A program made the position numbers and the translations under genes. Shown here in pieces: positions 46,100 through 59,070 of a DNA stretch of 64,000 nt. Source of the DNA: Macrostomum lignano. Lineage: Eukaryota. A model generated the notes under the pieces. That model saw only the letters and a program-made list of their open reading frames with translations, did no database searches and had not been told where the DNA came from. Within the stretch, counting starts at the first letter, position 1; every line of letters begins with the position of its first letter. The stretch covers positions 434,001-498,000 of the forward strand of contig NIVC01000082.1 in the NCBI GenBank assembly GCA_002269645.1, given 5' to 3'.

Positions 46100-49000
46100 A
46101 TGAACTATATAGTGGCACGCTGCACTTCGCCTAGTTCTGACTGCGACTTGAACAGTACAGATGCTTCTATTAGTATTGATCATGAGAATGGAAGATCTCA
46201 GACTAGACTTATGCCATCATTTTGCTCACGTCAACAGCTTGTACAAGAATTGAAGTTTACCAGATTACGATGGGATTTAAATGATATTAACTACTTTCTC
46301 TATTCACAGGTAAATGTTGTAATATTATATATTTTACTTGCAGAGCCATTTTTTGCAGAGCCATTTTATTTGCACAGCCATTTTTTGCAGAGCCATTTTT
46401 TTGCAGAGCCATTTTATTTGTAGAGCCATTTTATTTGCAGAGCCATTTTATTTGCACAGCCATTTTTTGCAGAGCCATTTTTTTGCAGAGCGATTTTATT
46501 TGCAGAGCCATTTTATTTGCACAGCCATTTTTTGCAGAGCCATTTTATTTGCAGAGCCATTTTATTTGCACACCTGTGCAAATAGTGCTGACACCTCCTG
46601 GCATCACAGCCAGATCATGAGGCTGTGGATGACCTCGGTTGGCTTGGACTGTTGGACAGCCGCACTTTGGCTGTGGCAGCAAAGTTCAGCACAGCAGGGA
46701 CTCGCAGAGGTCAGTGCAGCGCGCAACGCCGCACTGAGCGGCGGCGCGAGTGCAACTGGCGAGGGCGATTCCATAGCGCGGCCAGGCGCCTGTTGTCCCC
46801 AGTCCCTGCTACCTCAACTATGGATCCGCCGGGTGGCGCCAGGGACCATCTGGCCCCAGCTGTACCAGGTGGCCGCTTCAGGCTCGGCACGATGAACTGC
46901 CGAACTCTGAAGGCCCCCTGGTGTCGCACCATCCTTGTCCAGCTGGCCCACGACCTACAGCTGGACCTCGTCTCGCTGCAGGAGGTTTCTATCGTGGCTG
47001 AGCCGGGGCTCCACTATGAGAACCTCGGAGCCGGCTGGAGCCTCCTGTACACGTCGGCAGACAACTGCGGCCGGGGCGGTGTCGGCGTGCTGATCGGACC
47101 GCGCCTCCAGCAGAGCGTGCACTGCATCTCGCTGTCCCCGCGACTGATGCGGGTCGAACAGCATCCGGCTGTTCTGCGCGTATGCACCCACCGCTGCTCA
47201 CCCCGAGGAGGCTCGTGCCTTCTTCGACTTCCTGGCTGGGCAGCTGGAAGAGGTGCCAAACCGCGACACGCTGGCAGTGCTCGGAGACCTGAACGCAGTC
47301 CCGCGGAGGTCCGAGCGCTCGCCCTTTGTCGCGGGACGCGAGAACGCCAACACCGATGCGCTGGAGGACCTGCTTGACCGGCTGGACCTGGTGTCCGCGA
47401 ACACCCAGTTCCGCAAGCCCCCTGCCCGCCTGGTCACCTTTGCGGGCTGCAAGAGAAGGCGGAGGAACGCACGCGGGCGGAATGCCACGAGGAGACTGAC
47501 GCAACTCGATCATGCGCTGGTTCGCACTCGCGAGCACCGTCGCGTCACCAGCTGCGACACCATGGCTCCGCTGGCTCTCCGGTCAGACCACCGACTCCTG
47601 ATCTGCGACTTGCGGCTCCGCGACCAGCTCTACCGACCGCCAAAGCAGCGGCCACGGTGCTACTATCGCGCACTGTTGGACACCCGCGTGAAGCGTCAAT
47701 TCGCGGGTGCCTTCGTCGGCGCGCTTGGAGACCAGCGCGAGGCGGAGTATTCCGACATCAGCACCGCCGTTAGAGCCGCTGCAGAGCAGACGGTCCCGCT
47801 GATGCGGCCAGCGCAGAAATCGCTGCCTGTCTGGCAGAGCGACCCCACCATCAGGCAGGCGCGGCTCAACATCGAGCGACTCCGCAGAAACCGGAGGCCC
47901 ACAGGCGACGCCGAAGACGCATTTGAGCGCCTTCTTGACGAGCAGCAGCAGGCCGCTGTCGACGACGCCATTAGGTCCATCACTGCAGCCGGCCCCGATG
48001 TGAAGAGCCGCGCAGTGTGGACGGCCTTCCAGACTCTGACGGAGCGCAAAAAGCGCGTGGCGCTGAACCTGGCCAGCGACACCCCGGAGGAGCGCAGGAA
48101 TGAATTGCGCGACTTCTTCGCCGGCATTGTGAACGCGCCAGCGTCGCCGCTGCCCGCTAGCTTTGCGCTCCCACTGGACACGCCGCTCCCAGCTGAGGAG
48201 GACTTCTGCACCAGACCAGTCGCCACGGAAGACGTTGTGCTGTACGTTCGGAAAACATCAGGCGGCAAGGCGCTCGGCCCCGGTGAAGTCCCGGTCGAAG
48301 CGCTGCGGCTCCGCTGTGTGGCCTCCCAGGTCACAGGCGTCATGAACCGCGTGCTCGCCGGCGCTTCTGCGCCTACTGAGTGGACCGTCGCGCACATCGT
48401 GCCGATCCCAAAGAAGGCAGGGACAACGCGGAAGGAAGACCACCGCGGGATCTCGCTGATGTCCTGCACCGCGAAGCTCTTCAACCGGCTGCTGCTCGAT
48501 CGCCTGCAGTCGGTGCTGGACCCGTACCTGCGGTACGAGCAGAACGGATTCCGGCCGCAACGCGGTACAGTGACACAGATCCTCGCACTCCGCCGTGTCA
48601 TCGAGGAGGCGCGCATCCGCCAGTCTACGCTGATCATTGTCTTCGTTGACTTTCGAAAGGCGTTTGACTCGGTGTTGAGAGCCGCGCTTCCCTTTGTCAT
48701 TCGAGCCTACCGGGTACCCCGGCAGCTAATCGACGCTGTCATGGCGCTGGACGGCCTGTCTGACCTGTTCGATACTTCAGGGTGACACGCTAGCGCCGTT
48801 CCTCTTCGTGCTGCTGCTGGACTGGGTGCTTCGGACCGCACTCCCCTCGGCTAATGACGGCTTCCTGCTGCGCAGACGCATCGGTCGCCGCCACGGCGAA
48901 AAGCGCCTAAGCGTGCTTGGCTACGCCGACGACCTCGCCCTCCTGTCCTCGTCCGTTGAAGGCGCCCAGCGCCACATCGACAGGCTGGTCGAGGTGGCAT

Positions 49001-52000
49001 CGAGCGTCGGTCTGATCGTCAACACGCTGAAGACCGAGGTGCTGACTGTGCCGGCCGACATCCCAGCGGACCTGACGTGCTGCGGCGCAGACGGGCAGAC
49101 GACCAGGCTCGCACGCTGCCAGCGGTTCACCTACCTCGGCGGTCTGGTGTCCCACGTGGAAGAGGACCTCCGGCGGCGCAGAGGACTTGCCTGGACGGCC
49201 TTTCGTTCGATCCGAGCCTCCAGTCCTCCAGTCCGAAGCGCTGCCCGAACGCCAGAGGGCTCGGCTGCGATAGGCGGTGGTCGAAACCGTCCTGCTCTAC
49301 AACGCCGAGACGTGGACGCTGACGGCTACGCTAGAGCGGCAGCTGGACTCGGCGCACTCAGGGCTGCTCCGTGCGGCCTTTCGAGCTGACGAGAGCGTCG
49401 GGACCGAGGCCCTGTACGATCGGGCCAAGCTGCAGCGCCCGTCCATCATTCTGCGCCGGCGGCGACTTCAACTGGCGGGTCACGTGATCCGGGCCGAGGG
49501 CTACTGCCCCCAACCTGTTCAGGACGTCCTGCTGCTCACCTTGCAGGGTCCGTTCAGGCGGGGTCAGGCCCGAACCCGTCGATACGTGGACTGCCTGCTG
49601 TGCGACGCTGGGGCGCCCGACACTGCCAACGGAGCGGACTTCGTTCGCTCCAAGGCTCTGCGGCGCGCCATTTGACGCGCCCTGCTCTAACTGTGACTGT
49701 GCAGTGTGCATGCGGGGTCGCGTATTTTGTTGTTGTTGTTGTTGTATTATACAACTATGTCATATTCCACCAGATAAGTAAATGGGATGCAGAATCAAAC
49801 AATGAGTGAGTGCAATATAGTATTGGGCGATTAGAGAATCGCAGTGAAAAGATCTAGGAACAAGATAAAATAAGAGATTCGATGGACTGAGTGAGCAGAC
49901 TGGCAGATTCGATAGACTCAGTGAGCAGACTGGCAGATTCGATATAGACTGATTGAGCAGACTGGCAGATTCGATAGACTCAGTGAGCAGACTGGCAGAT
50001 TCGATATAGACTCAGTGAGCAGATTGGCAGATTCGATATAGACTCAGTGAGCAGACTGGCAGATTCGATATAGACTCAGTGAGCAGACTAGCAGATTCGA
50101 TATAGACTCAGTGAGCAGACTGGCAGATTCGATATAGACTCAGTGAGCAGACTGGCAGATTCGATATAGACTCAGTGAGCAGACTGGCAGATTCGATAGA
50201 CTCAGTGAGCAGACTGGCAGATTTTATAGACTCAGTGAGCAGACTGGCAGATTTTATAGACTCAGTGAGCAGACTGGCAGATTCAATAGACTCAGTGAGC
50301 AGACTGGCAGATTCGATATAGACTCAGTGAGCAGATTGGCAGATTCGATATAGACTGATTGAGCAGACTGGCAGATTCGATAGACTCAGTGAGCAGACTG
50401 GCAGATTCGATATAGACTCAGTGAGCAGACTGGCAGATTCGATATAGACTCAGTGAGCAGATTGGCAGATTCGATATAGACTCAGTGAGCAGACTGGCAG
50501 ATTTTATAGACTCAGTGAGCAGACTGGCAGATTTTATAGACTCAGTGAGCAGACTGGCAGATTCAATAGACTCAGTGAGCAGACTGGCAGATTCGATAGA
50601 CTCAATGAGCAGACTGGCAGATTCGATATAGACTCAGTGAGCAGATTGGCAGATTCGATATAGCTCAGTGAGCAGACTGGCAGATTCGATATAGACTGAT
50701 TGAGCAGACTGGCAGATTCGATAGACTCAGTGAGCAGACTGGCAGATTCGATATAGACTCAGTGAGCAGATTGGCAGATTCGATATAGACTCAGTGAGCA
50801 GACTGGCAGATTCGATATAGACTCAGTGAGCAAACTGGCAGATTCGATATAGACTCAGTGAGCAGACTGGCAGATTCGATATAGACTCAGTGAGCAAACT
50901 GGCAGATTCGATATAGACTCAGTGAGCAAACTGGCAGATTCGATATAGACTCAGTGAGCAGACTGGCAGATTCGATATAGACTCAGTGAGCAGACTGGCA
51001 GATTCGATATAGACTCAGTGAGCAGACTGGCAGATTCGATATAGACTCAGTGAGCAAACTGGCAGATTCGATATAGACTCAGTGAGCAAACTGGCAGATT
51101 CGATATAGACTCAATCAGCAGACTGGCAGACTTAAATAATTCTGCTTCCCCACCCACCCCACCCGCTGGAAATCGCAGCTGTGCTCAGTGTGGACTCTGT
51201 GGCTGGTCCGCCTCGGCCTCACAACCGCCTACGCTTTCACTCTAATCTACGTATGCGTCACCTCGGCATCCGTTGCCATCGAAGCGGAATACGACGAAGT
51301 GCCAAATCCGTTTGAAGATTGGACAGCGGATGGGGAGAGTTCGCCAGCTGATGGCGCCGGAAATGCCAGCCTTGCCAGCAGAGGTGCGACAGAGGCTGAG
51401 ACCCAACAAAAGCAACAGCCGTTTATCGTGTACTTGACTTATTGGAATTTTTTAGTGACCTGCATCTATCTGATTGGCTCCAGTGCTATTATGCTGATAG
51501 TGAAGCTGACTGATGGAGATGCCTATAGGCTTAATGATGGGCCATATCTGGTTGCTTGGGATCATAAGGTACGTAATTATGCTTTCATTACCTTAAGTTT
51601 ATATCAAGTTTTTAAAAACGATTAATGTATATGTTCTACCGAAGACGAAAGCAAAGAAATTGGCTTTGCAAAGTATTTATATACATATCGGTAATAACAT
51701 TTTATTAAGCTGATTTTTTGTGTGGATTCGAGGACTGGGGGAGTAGAATGGCAGATTCTGGGACTAAAAAAGGATGCAATGGCAGATTCTGGGACTAAAA
51801 GGGATAGAATGGCAGATTCTGGGACTAAAAAGGGATAGAATGGCAGATTCGGAGACTAAAAGGAGGTAGAATGGCAGATTCGGAGACTAAAAGGAGGTAG
51901 AATGGCAGATTCGGAGACTAAAAGGAGGTAGAATGGCAGATTCATGTACTAAGGGAGTTCAATAAACCAACCAATCAATCAACTAAAGAATAGCAAATTC

Positions 52001-52808
52001 TAATATTGAGGGAATGGAATGGCAGATTAGATTGAATAATGGAGTAAAATGGCACATTTAGAATGAGTGAGTGGAAGGGCAGTTCGAGAACTGAGAGGTA
52101 AAAGACAGACCTAAAAATAGCAACAAATGCTACTTTTTCTACTGTAAGTAGTTAACTTAAGGCATCATTTAAGTTTCATTAAAAAGCATTAATAAATTGC
52201 TAGCGTTAATTTCATATCCACTTACATGTAAATCTCTCCCCTCTCAGATGAAGCGTCGACCAATCAGCAGCCTGCCAGTGTGGTTCGCGGCCCACTGTAT
52301 CTGGCTGGCTATGCACACCAGCTACACCGGCTCCCTGTTAGTAACCTGCATCGGCCTATGGCACTCGTTAATTCGGCCAACCTATGCCCGACTGTTTATG
52401 CACGGCTGCAATAGTTTTTTAATGCTAGCCGATGCTTTCACAACCGGTTTACCATTTCGGCTGGCTTATTTAATCTATGTTGAATTAGCCGGTTGGTTGT
52501 ATTTGGCTTTCTCAGCCGTGTACTGGAGCTTCGATCCGTTTGGCAACGTGCTTTATCCGGGCCTGTTGGACTGGAATTCGCCCAGCTGGTCAGTAGCCGT
52601 GGCCTGTATTGTATCGCTAGTTTGTACTCCAACTCTGCACTGTCTCAGCTGGCTGTTTGCTGGGCGTTGGCGCGACTGGCTGGCCCGGCGAAGGCGCTTA
52701 ACCCGACAGCTGAATGATCCTAGCAGGCGGCAGTGTCTGATTGCACCGCCTGCGGCTGGGGAGACCGCTGCTGCTAAAATGACGGCGAATGCTGAAGATG
52801 TTTGTTGA
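46100..52808 (+). CDS. Rolling-stone-like multipass membrane protein; exons 46100-46309, 51179-51568, 52248-52808 (about 386 aa)
   Basis: Phase-0 GT-AG introns. The motifs ELKF...F..SQ, YLTYW, HGCNS..M..D, FRL and YP..LDW.SP match my recall of Drosophila rost-like proteins. Confidence 0.8.
46336..46572. repeat. About 17-bp array (GCAGAGCCATTTTATTT) just after the exon-1 donor
   Basis: About 14 units. Confidence 0.9.
46590..49745 (+). mobile_element. Decayed RTE-clade-like non-LTR retrotransposon (APE endonuclease + RT) in the rolling-stone intron 1
   Basis: GTMNCRTL, LGDLNA, LDH..SDH, EQNGFRP, FVDFRKAFDS, GDTLAPFLF and YADD (48922-48933). It has frameshifts and small in-RT deletions, and ends in a (GTT)n tail. 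Confidence 0.92.
49885..51130. repeat. 30/32-bp minisatellite (GACTCAGTGAGCAGACTGGCAGATTCGATATA)
   Basis: About 39 units, ending about 50 nt before the acceptor at 51178. Confidence 0.95.
51725..51945. repeat. About 31-bp array in rolling-stone intron 2 (AGAATGGCAGATTCGGAGACTAAAAGGAGGT)
   Basis: About 7 units sharing GGCAGATTC with the intron-1 array. Confidence 0.85.
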
Positions 52809-53699
52809 TTTGTTTGGGGGGGGGTTGTCTAGCAATGGTTGTTAAGAGGTCGCTAAAAACTGAATCCTACTTACTATCCAGGAAACCAAAATCGCAGGTG
52901 CCAAATCTGCATATCCCAGATTTTATATTCAGAGATCCCAAATCCCCAGATCATGTCAAAGATCCCATGCCAATTTGACAATCCCAGACACTGGCTTCTG
53001 TGATCCCATGTTTTCAAGGCTCCTATAGAACTCCCGAGAGTTTCAATACTCCAGTTGCACATCATCAAATGCATATCATCAGGTCTCAAAGAAGTCCCAA
53101 GGTCTATCTATTGATTCAAGTTTATATCCTTAGTGTTTGTTTTCTTCTCACAAAAATCTTGTTTCACAGACTGCAATATGCTTTCAATGCTTAGGTAATA
53201 AATATTGTGAGCTGTAATCTCACTGTTGTTGCACTTTGTTGCGTATTTGTTAAAATTCGTAATTTTTACGCATATCTTTACTGTCATTTTTTTCCACGCG
53301 TGTGCATACTACTTGTTTGTCAGTAGTTCGGTGTTTTTATCTACAGCTCAGTATTGGTTTTAAACGTAAACGTTTACTTTTTTAGCATGTATATACATGA
53401 AGGGTTCCAGGTTATTGGCGCAATTGACACTCGAGTCAATTTTCTATTTGTATATTTATAAAGGACCTCGTTTAATTCATGCCAATTGCAATTTGATTGA
53501 TCTATCATTTTCAAATTATATATACACTGCATATATATAATTTTTGTGTATTTATCATTGTGATAAAGTACATTGTAGTCTTGAATTATTAACGGTGCAA
53601 TTTTTGTTGTATTCATAAAAACGTTCGTTCGATACTTTATTTATACTAGCACTTAAACATGAACAAACATCTGAAAAGGCATAGAAATGACATTCCCTA

Positions 53700-54265
53700 A
53701 TTAACCGCACCTGAACAGCCACCTCATACTCAAACTAATTAAAGCACACACCCACCCCAATTATCCGCACCTGCACAGCCACCTCCTACTCAAACTAATT
53801 AAAGCACACTCCAATAATCCGCACCTGAACAGCCACCTCATACTCAAACTAATTAAATCAAGCACCCCAATTATCCACTCACCTGAACAGCCACCTCATA
53901 CTCAAACTAATTAAATAAAGCACCCCAATTATCCTCACCTGAACAGCCACCTCATACTACTCAAACTAATTAAATAAAGCACACTCCAATTATCCTCACC
54001 TGAGCAGCCACCTCATACTCAAACTAATTAAAGCACACTCCAATTATCCTCACCTGAACAGCCACCTCATACTCAAACTGATTAAATAAAGCACCCCCAA
54101 TAATCCGCACCTGAACAGCCACCTCAAACTCAATGTAATTAAATCAAGAACCCCAATTATCCGCACCTGAACAGCCACCTCAAACTCAATCTAATTAAAT
54201 CAAGCACCCTAATTATCCGCACCTGAACAGCCACCTCATACTCAAACTAATTAAATGACACACCC
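53700..54265. repeat. 50-58-bp array (CCGCACCTGAACAGCCACCTCATACTCAAACTAATTAAA...)
   Basis: About 10 units upstream of the RING exon. Confidence 0.88.
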
Positions 54266-54334
54266 AAATTATATTTATTTGCACAGATACTCAACCTGGG
54301 CCACGCTAGTTAATATCATCTGCTCTGTTTCCAG

Positions 54335-56317
54335 GCTACAGCTGCGGCAACAGCGGCCGCTGCGGCGGCGAGAAACGGCCGCCTTCATATTGGTCGCCAT
54401 CTTCAGCGCAGTCTGCAGCCGTCGTGGCCTCAGGCCTCAGTAGCTTCCTCTAACGAGTCAATCGACGAAAACGCCGCGGAAGCCGGTGACGGATCCATCT
54501 CGGCCTCGCCGCCAGAATGTCGAATCTGTCGCTGCTCGGCTGAGGAGCTGCGCGAACGAGCTATTAGCGACCGGCTCTATAGGGTGAAGTGCGCCTGCGC
54601 CGGCAGTCTGGGCTCCCTGTGCGGCAACTGCTACCGGATGTTTTATCTGGAGCGACAGCTGGACAGGTGACTGCCTGCATCATCCTCACCTGCACCATTC
54701 TCACTTGTACCCGCCTCACCTCCACCATCCTTATCTGCACCTGGCCTCATCACCTGCACCCACCTCACCTGCACCATCCTCACGTGCACCCAACTCACCT
54801 GAACCCTCCTCACCTGCACCCTCCTCACCTGCACCCTCCTCACCTGAACCCTCCTCATCTGCACCATCCTCACCTGAACCCTCCTCACCTGCACCATCCT
54901 CATCTGCACCCTCATCACCTGCACCCTCCCCACCTGCACCATCCTCAGCTGCACCATCCTCATCTGCACCATCCTCACCTGAACCCTCCTCACCTGCACC
55001 CACCTTACATCTTTGTTTTACCTGTTATAAAACCCTAATAGCAGTAAAAACCCTAGAATCATGAAATTACATCTCAGGCTTTACTATTCGCAGATGCGAG
55101 CTCTGCCAACAGCAGATCGGTATCAACGACGCCTCCACTCTGCTCCGGCTTCGCCGCTGGTGGCAGCAATGCAAACAATCGATGCCGTTTTTGAACTTCC
55201 GTCCGCCTAGTAGTACCTGCCGCGCCGGCGTCTTCCTGTGCTCAGTGCTGTTTGTATTGTTCCTGCTCGGCGTGTTGGTTGGCTTCACGATGCAAATTGT
55301 GAGTCAACTTCAGGCTATAGTCAGGCTGTAGTTAAGCTGCGCTTCAAGCTATAATCAGACTGTAGTTAGCTGCGCTTCAGGCTATAATCAGACTGTAGTT
55401 AAGCTGCGCTTCAGGCTATAATCAGACTGTAGTTAAGCTGCGCTTCAGGCTATAATCAGACTGTAGTTAGCTGCGCTTCAGGCTATAATCAGACTGTAGT
55501 TAAGCTGCGCTTCAGGCTATAATCAGACTGTAGTTAAGCTGCGCTTCAAGCTATAATCAGGCTGTAGTTAAGCTGCGCTTTAGGCTGTAATCAGACTGTA
55601 GTTAAGCTGCGCTTCAGGCTATAATCAGACTGTAGTTAAGCTGCGCTTCAGGCTATAATCAGACTGTAGTTAAGCTGCGCTTTAGGCTGTAATCAGACTG
55701 TAGTTAGCTGCGCTTCAGGCTATAATCAGACTGTAGTTAAGCTGCGCTTCAGGCTATAATCAGGCTGTAGTTAAGCTGCGCTTCAAGCTATAATCAGGCT
55801 GTAGTTAAGCTGCGCTTTAGGCTGTAATCAGACTGTAGTTAAGCTGCGCTTCAGGCTATAATCAGACTGTAGTTAAGCTGCGCTTCAGGCTATAACTAGG
55901 CTAAACTCCGGCTATACTTGAGATATTAAGAATACCTGGCTTCATGACCTATAAGTAGATTATATCTACTTTTAATCCAATCCAAATCTTTCGTCTGATT
56001 TGCAGGGTCACGAGCATTGTCGCTGTCGTTGGTTGACGCAAAATCAGACCTCATTGGTTTATCCGCTTACAACTCCTGAGACAGCTGTGCTCAATTCGTC
56101 GAATTCGCAGAAATCCAGCACCGCCTCTAGTAGTAGCGCTGCTGCCGGCTACGAGCCGCTGTTTCACGGTCCCGTATTGCCCGTATTGTCGGCCATGTGC
56201 GCTATGCTGCTCCTGCTAGTTGCTTACAGTCTGCGTCGATGCCTCACCCTAAGAGTTCGTAGGATGCAGCAGCGAGCAGATATTGAAGCTGCAATTGGCG
56301 GCGATCTGGGCGATTAA
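54335..56317 (+). CDS. MARCH-like RING-CH E3 ubiquitin ligase with two TM helices; exons 54335-54666, 55094-55298, 56006-56317; start exon not located
   Basis: Spliced sequence gives C-x2-C-x20-C-x-C-x7-C-x2-C-x12-C-x2-C (CRIC...[15 protein letters not shown]...RCELC), followed by two hydrophobic helices. Splice phases 2 and 0 are compatible. Confidence 0.8.
54678..55002. repeat. 15-bp intronic array (CCTCACCTGCACCAT / CCTCACCTGAACCCT)
   Basis: Lies between the donor at 54667 and the acceptor at 55093. Confidence 0.92.
55305..55900. repeat. 34-bp intronic array (AAGCTGCGCTTCAGGCTATAATCAGACTGTAGTT)
   Basis: About 17 units starting a few nt after the donor at 55299. Confidence 0.95.
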
Positions 56318-56554
56318 TTCAACGCTTGGGTTGCGTCATCATTAAACTAAATATCAATGCATTCGCTGATATTTTAACTTTCAAACCGATAATGAGAATT
56401 AACAAATAAAAGAAAAATTCTCAAATTTTTATAGTCGCTTGCCATTGAACTCTTTAAGTCCTTAACCTGTATCTGTCTGTCTGTCCTATTCGATGTACTT
56501 TTTGGCGGCAGTAACTTTGCAGATTTTTCCGTAAATATGGATGATTATTTCTCG

Positions 56555-57105
56555 TAGCCCTCATGCCGTATCTCTGAGTCTCATCACTCCCTATCTGCCC
56601 CTGTTAACCTCTGCCCCAATGTACACACGTAACAAACCCCCTATCTGTTCCTGCTATCCTCTGTCCCAATGTACACACCCCCTATCTGTTCCTGCTATCC
56701 TCTGCCCCAATGTACACACTTCCTATCTGCCCCTGCTATCCTCTGCCCCAATGTACACACCCCCTATCTGCCCCTGCTATCCTCTGCCCCTGTATCCTCT
56801 GCCCCAATGTACACACTCCCTATCTGTCCCTGTTAACCCCCGCCCCAATGTACACACTCCCTATCTGTCCCTGTTAACCCCCGCCCCAATGTACACACTC
56901 CCTATCTGTCCCTGTTAACCCCCGCCCCAATGTACACACTCCCTATCTGTCCCTGTTAACCCCCGCCCCAATGTACACACTCCCTATCTGCCCCTGTTAA
57001 ATCCCGCCCTAATGTACACACTCCCTATCTGCCCCTGTTAACCTCTGTCCCAATATACACACTCCCTATCTGCCCCTGTTAACCTCTGTCCCAATATACA
57101 CACTC
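56555..57105. repeat. 41-bp C-rich array (CTATCTGCCCCTGTTAACCCCCGCCCCAATGTACACACTCC)
   Basis: About 13 units. Confidence 0.9.
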
Positions 57106-57714
57106 CATCGTATTTTATTGGTTGATAATTTCCGTCTATCATTTTTGTTTTGATCAGGATTAAGTTTTTTATGAATAAATATACTCATAATATTCTCTTT
57201 TTAGTAGAAATTTCACGTCGTCGCTTGCGGATAGAAGTATGCAGTTTCTAATCGTATAGTAGTGTATTTTTGTAAGGCCTCCTATTTTTTTGTTTCCTTT
57301 GTTTTTTGGTTTCCGGATTCGAACCCATGTGCACACTTAACTATTTTGTTCAATATACATATTACAATAGTTTTCTGAATGAATTTTTTAAACTTTACTT
57401 TTTAGTCTAGTTACCTTAAATGTTTATTAGAGGACCTGTGTATTTTATAGAGATGCAAACATCATGGTTTGAATTTCAAGATTTAAGGTAAAAAAATAAC
57501 ATTTTCTTGTTGGCAAATTCTGTTTAAGGCAATCTTCAAGCAGCCGCTTAAATAACCAGTGGAGTAAGTACAGTAAAGAATAATTTGTGTTGCAATCTAA
57601 ATTACAGTTTAAATTAAAACGCTGCTTGCTCGATTAACCACAAAGATAATGTGCGTACACACTCATAGGTCCGTTTGTTTTCGTTTTAGTCTTCTTTTCC
57701 ATTGTTTACCACTC

Positions 57715-58345
57715 CACACCCCTCCTTACCCCCTGCTCCCCCAGTTAATGTACACTCTTCAATGGCCAACCCCCTGCTCCCCTAGTTAATGTATATTCTT
57801 CTGTGACCAACCCCCTGCTCCCTCAGTTAATGTACACTCTTCAATGGCCAACCCCCTGCTCCCCTAGTTAATGTATATTCTTCTGTGACCAACCCCCTGC
57901 TCCCTTAGTTATTGTATATTCTTCTGTGACCAACCCCCTGCTCCCCTAGTTAATGTACATTCTTCTGTGACCAACCCCTGCTCCAATAGTTAATGTACAC
58001 TCTTCAATGGCCAACCCCCTGCTCCCCTAGTTAATGTACACTCTTCTGTGACCAACCTCCTGCTCCCTCAGTTAATGTACACTCTTCAATGGCCAATCCC
58101 CTGCTCCCCTAGTTAATGTACATTCTTCTATGGCCAACCTCCTGCTCCCTCAGTTAATGTACACTCTTCAATGGCCAATCCCCTGCTCCCCTAGTTAATG
58201 TATATTCTTCTGTGACCAACCCCCTGCTCCCCTAGTTAATGTATATTCTTCTGTGACCAACCCCCTGCTCCCCTAGTTAATGTATATTCTTCTGTGACCA
58301 ACCCCCTGCTCCCCAGTTAATGTCACGATCTTCTCTCACCAACCC
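57715..58345. repeat. About 41-bp C-rich array (AACCCCCTGCTCCCCTAGTTAATGTATATTCTTCTGTGACC)
   Basis: About 15 units. Confidence 0.9.
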
Positions 58346-59070
58346 CAAGTATTGCTATCAGTACGTTGTGCATTGACTCCAAAAAATGTGAAACCTTTCT
58401 CACAATTAAGAAATGATACTATGAGAAGATTTTGGCGATGGCAAAACAAAGACATTTATTTGGCTGTGCTGTCACACTATCTGCTGCTACAACTTGCTTT
58501 AAGAAGCATGAACCATTGATATATAAATTATCCAATACGAGTAAGTGCTTAATTTTAGAAAATATTTAGTTATCAGGATTAATTAAAATTTACATTTTCT
58601 AATAAAGCTCAGCAAAGAACAAAATCTAGAAAATCGAAAGTCTTAAACGGGTTAAAAAATACTTCAAGTTTGTGTACACAGTTATTAGTACAAGCATATG
58701 CTATGAAGAAATACACTGTTCATACACGCCACTTAAACGACTCTATTTCTGGTGTGTGAAGCATTTTTGTGAAAAACGAAATTTGACGTTTCGTTTGTGG
58801 GAGTGTTTACCGGGTGCACTCTTGCACAGGTGACTGGTGGCGGCCGCGCCTCTGGTGTGTATACCTCTAAACAACTCGGGGGGCCCCTCTCTACTAGATA
58901 AAGGGATCTTAATCACAACGTCAGCTACCGCACCATCCAGAGGCAGACAAAGTCTAGGGGACGAGGCCTGGTGGCTGTACCTTTCAGCACTAAAGCCCAG
59001 GGGTTGCACAGGCGTTTTCATGCAGCCCGGGTTTACATGTACGTCACTATCTCATCCCTCGGTGACCCGA

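Noticed and set aside
53000-53194. Candidate first coding exon of the RING-CH gene
   Set aside because: Only weak GTCT donors and no homology; it cannot be supported without RNA-seq.
54589-55064. Extensin-, His-Pro- or collagen-like ORFs
   Set aside because: The 15-bp array sits inside the intron that splits the RING domain.
57310-57335. tRNA-like B-box GGGTTCGAATCC on the minus strand
   Set aside because: There is no A-box or cloverleaf; no tRNA or rRNA gene is supported in the window.
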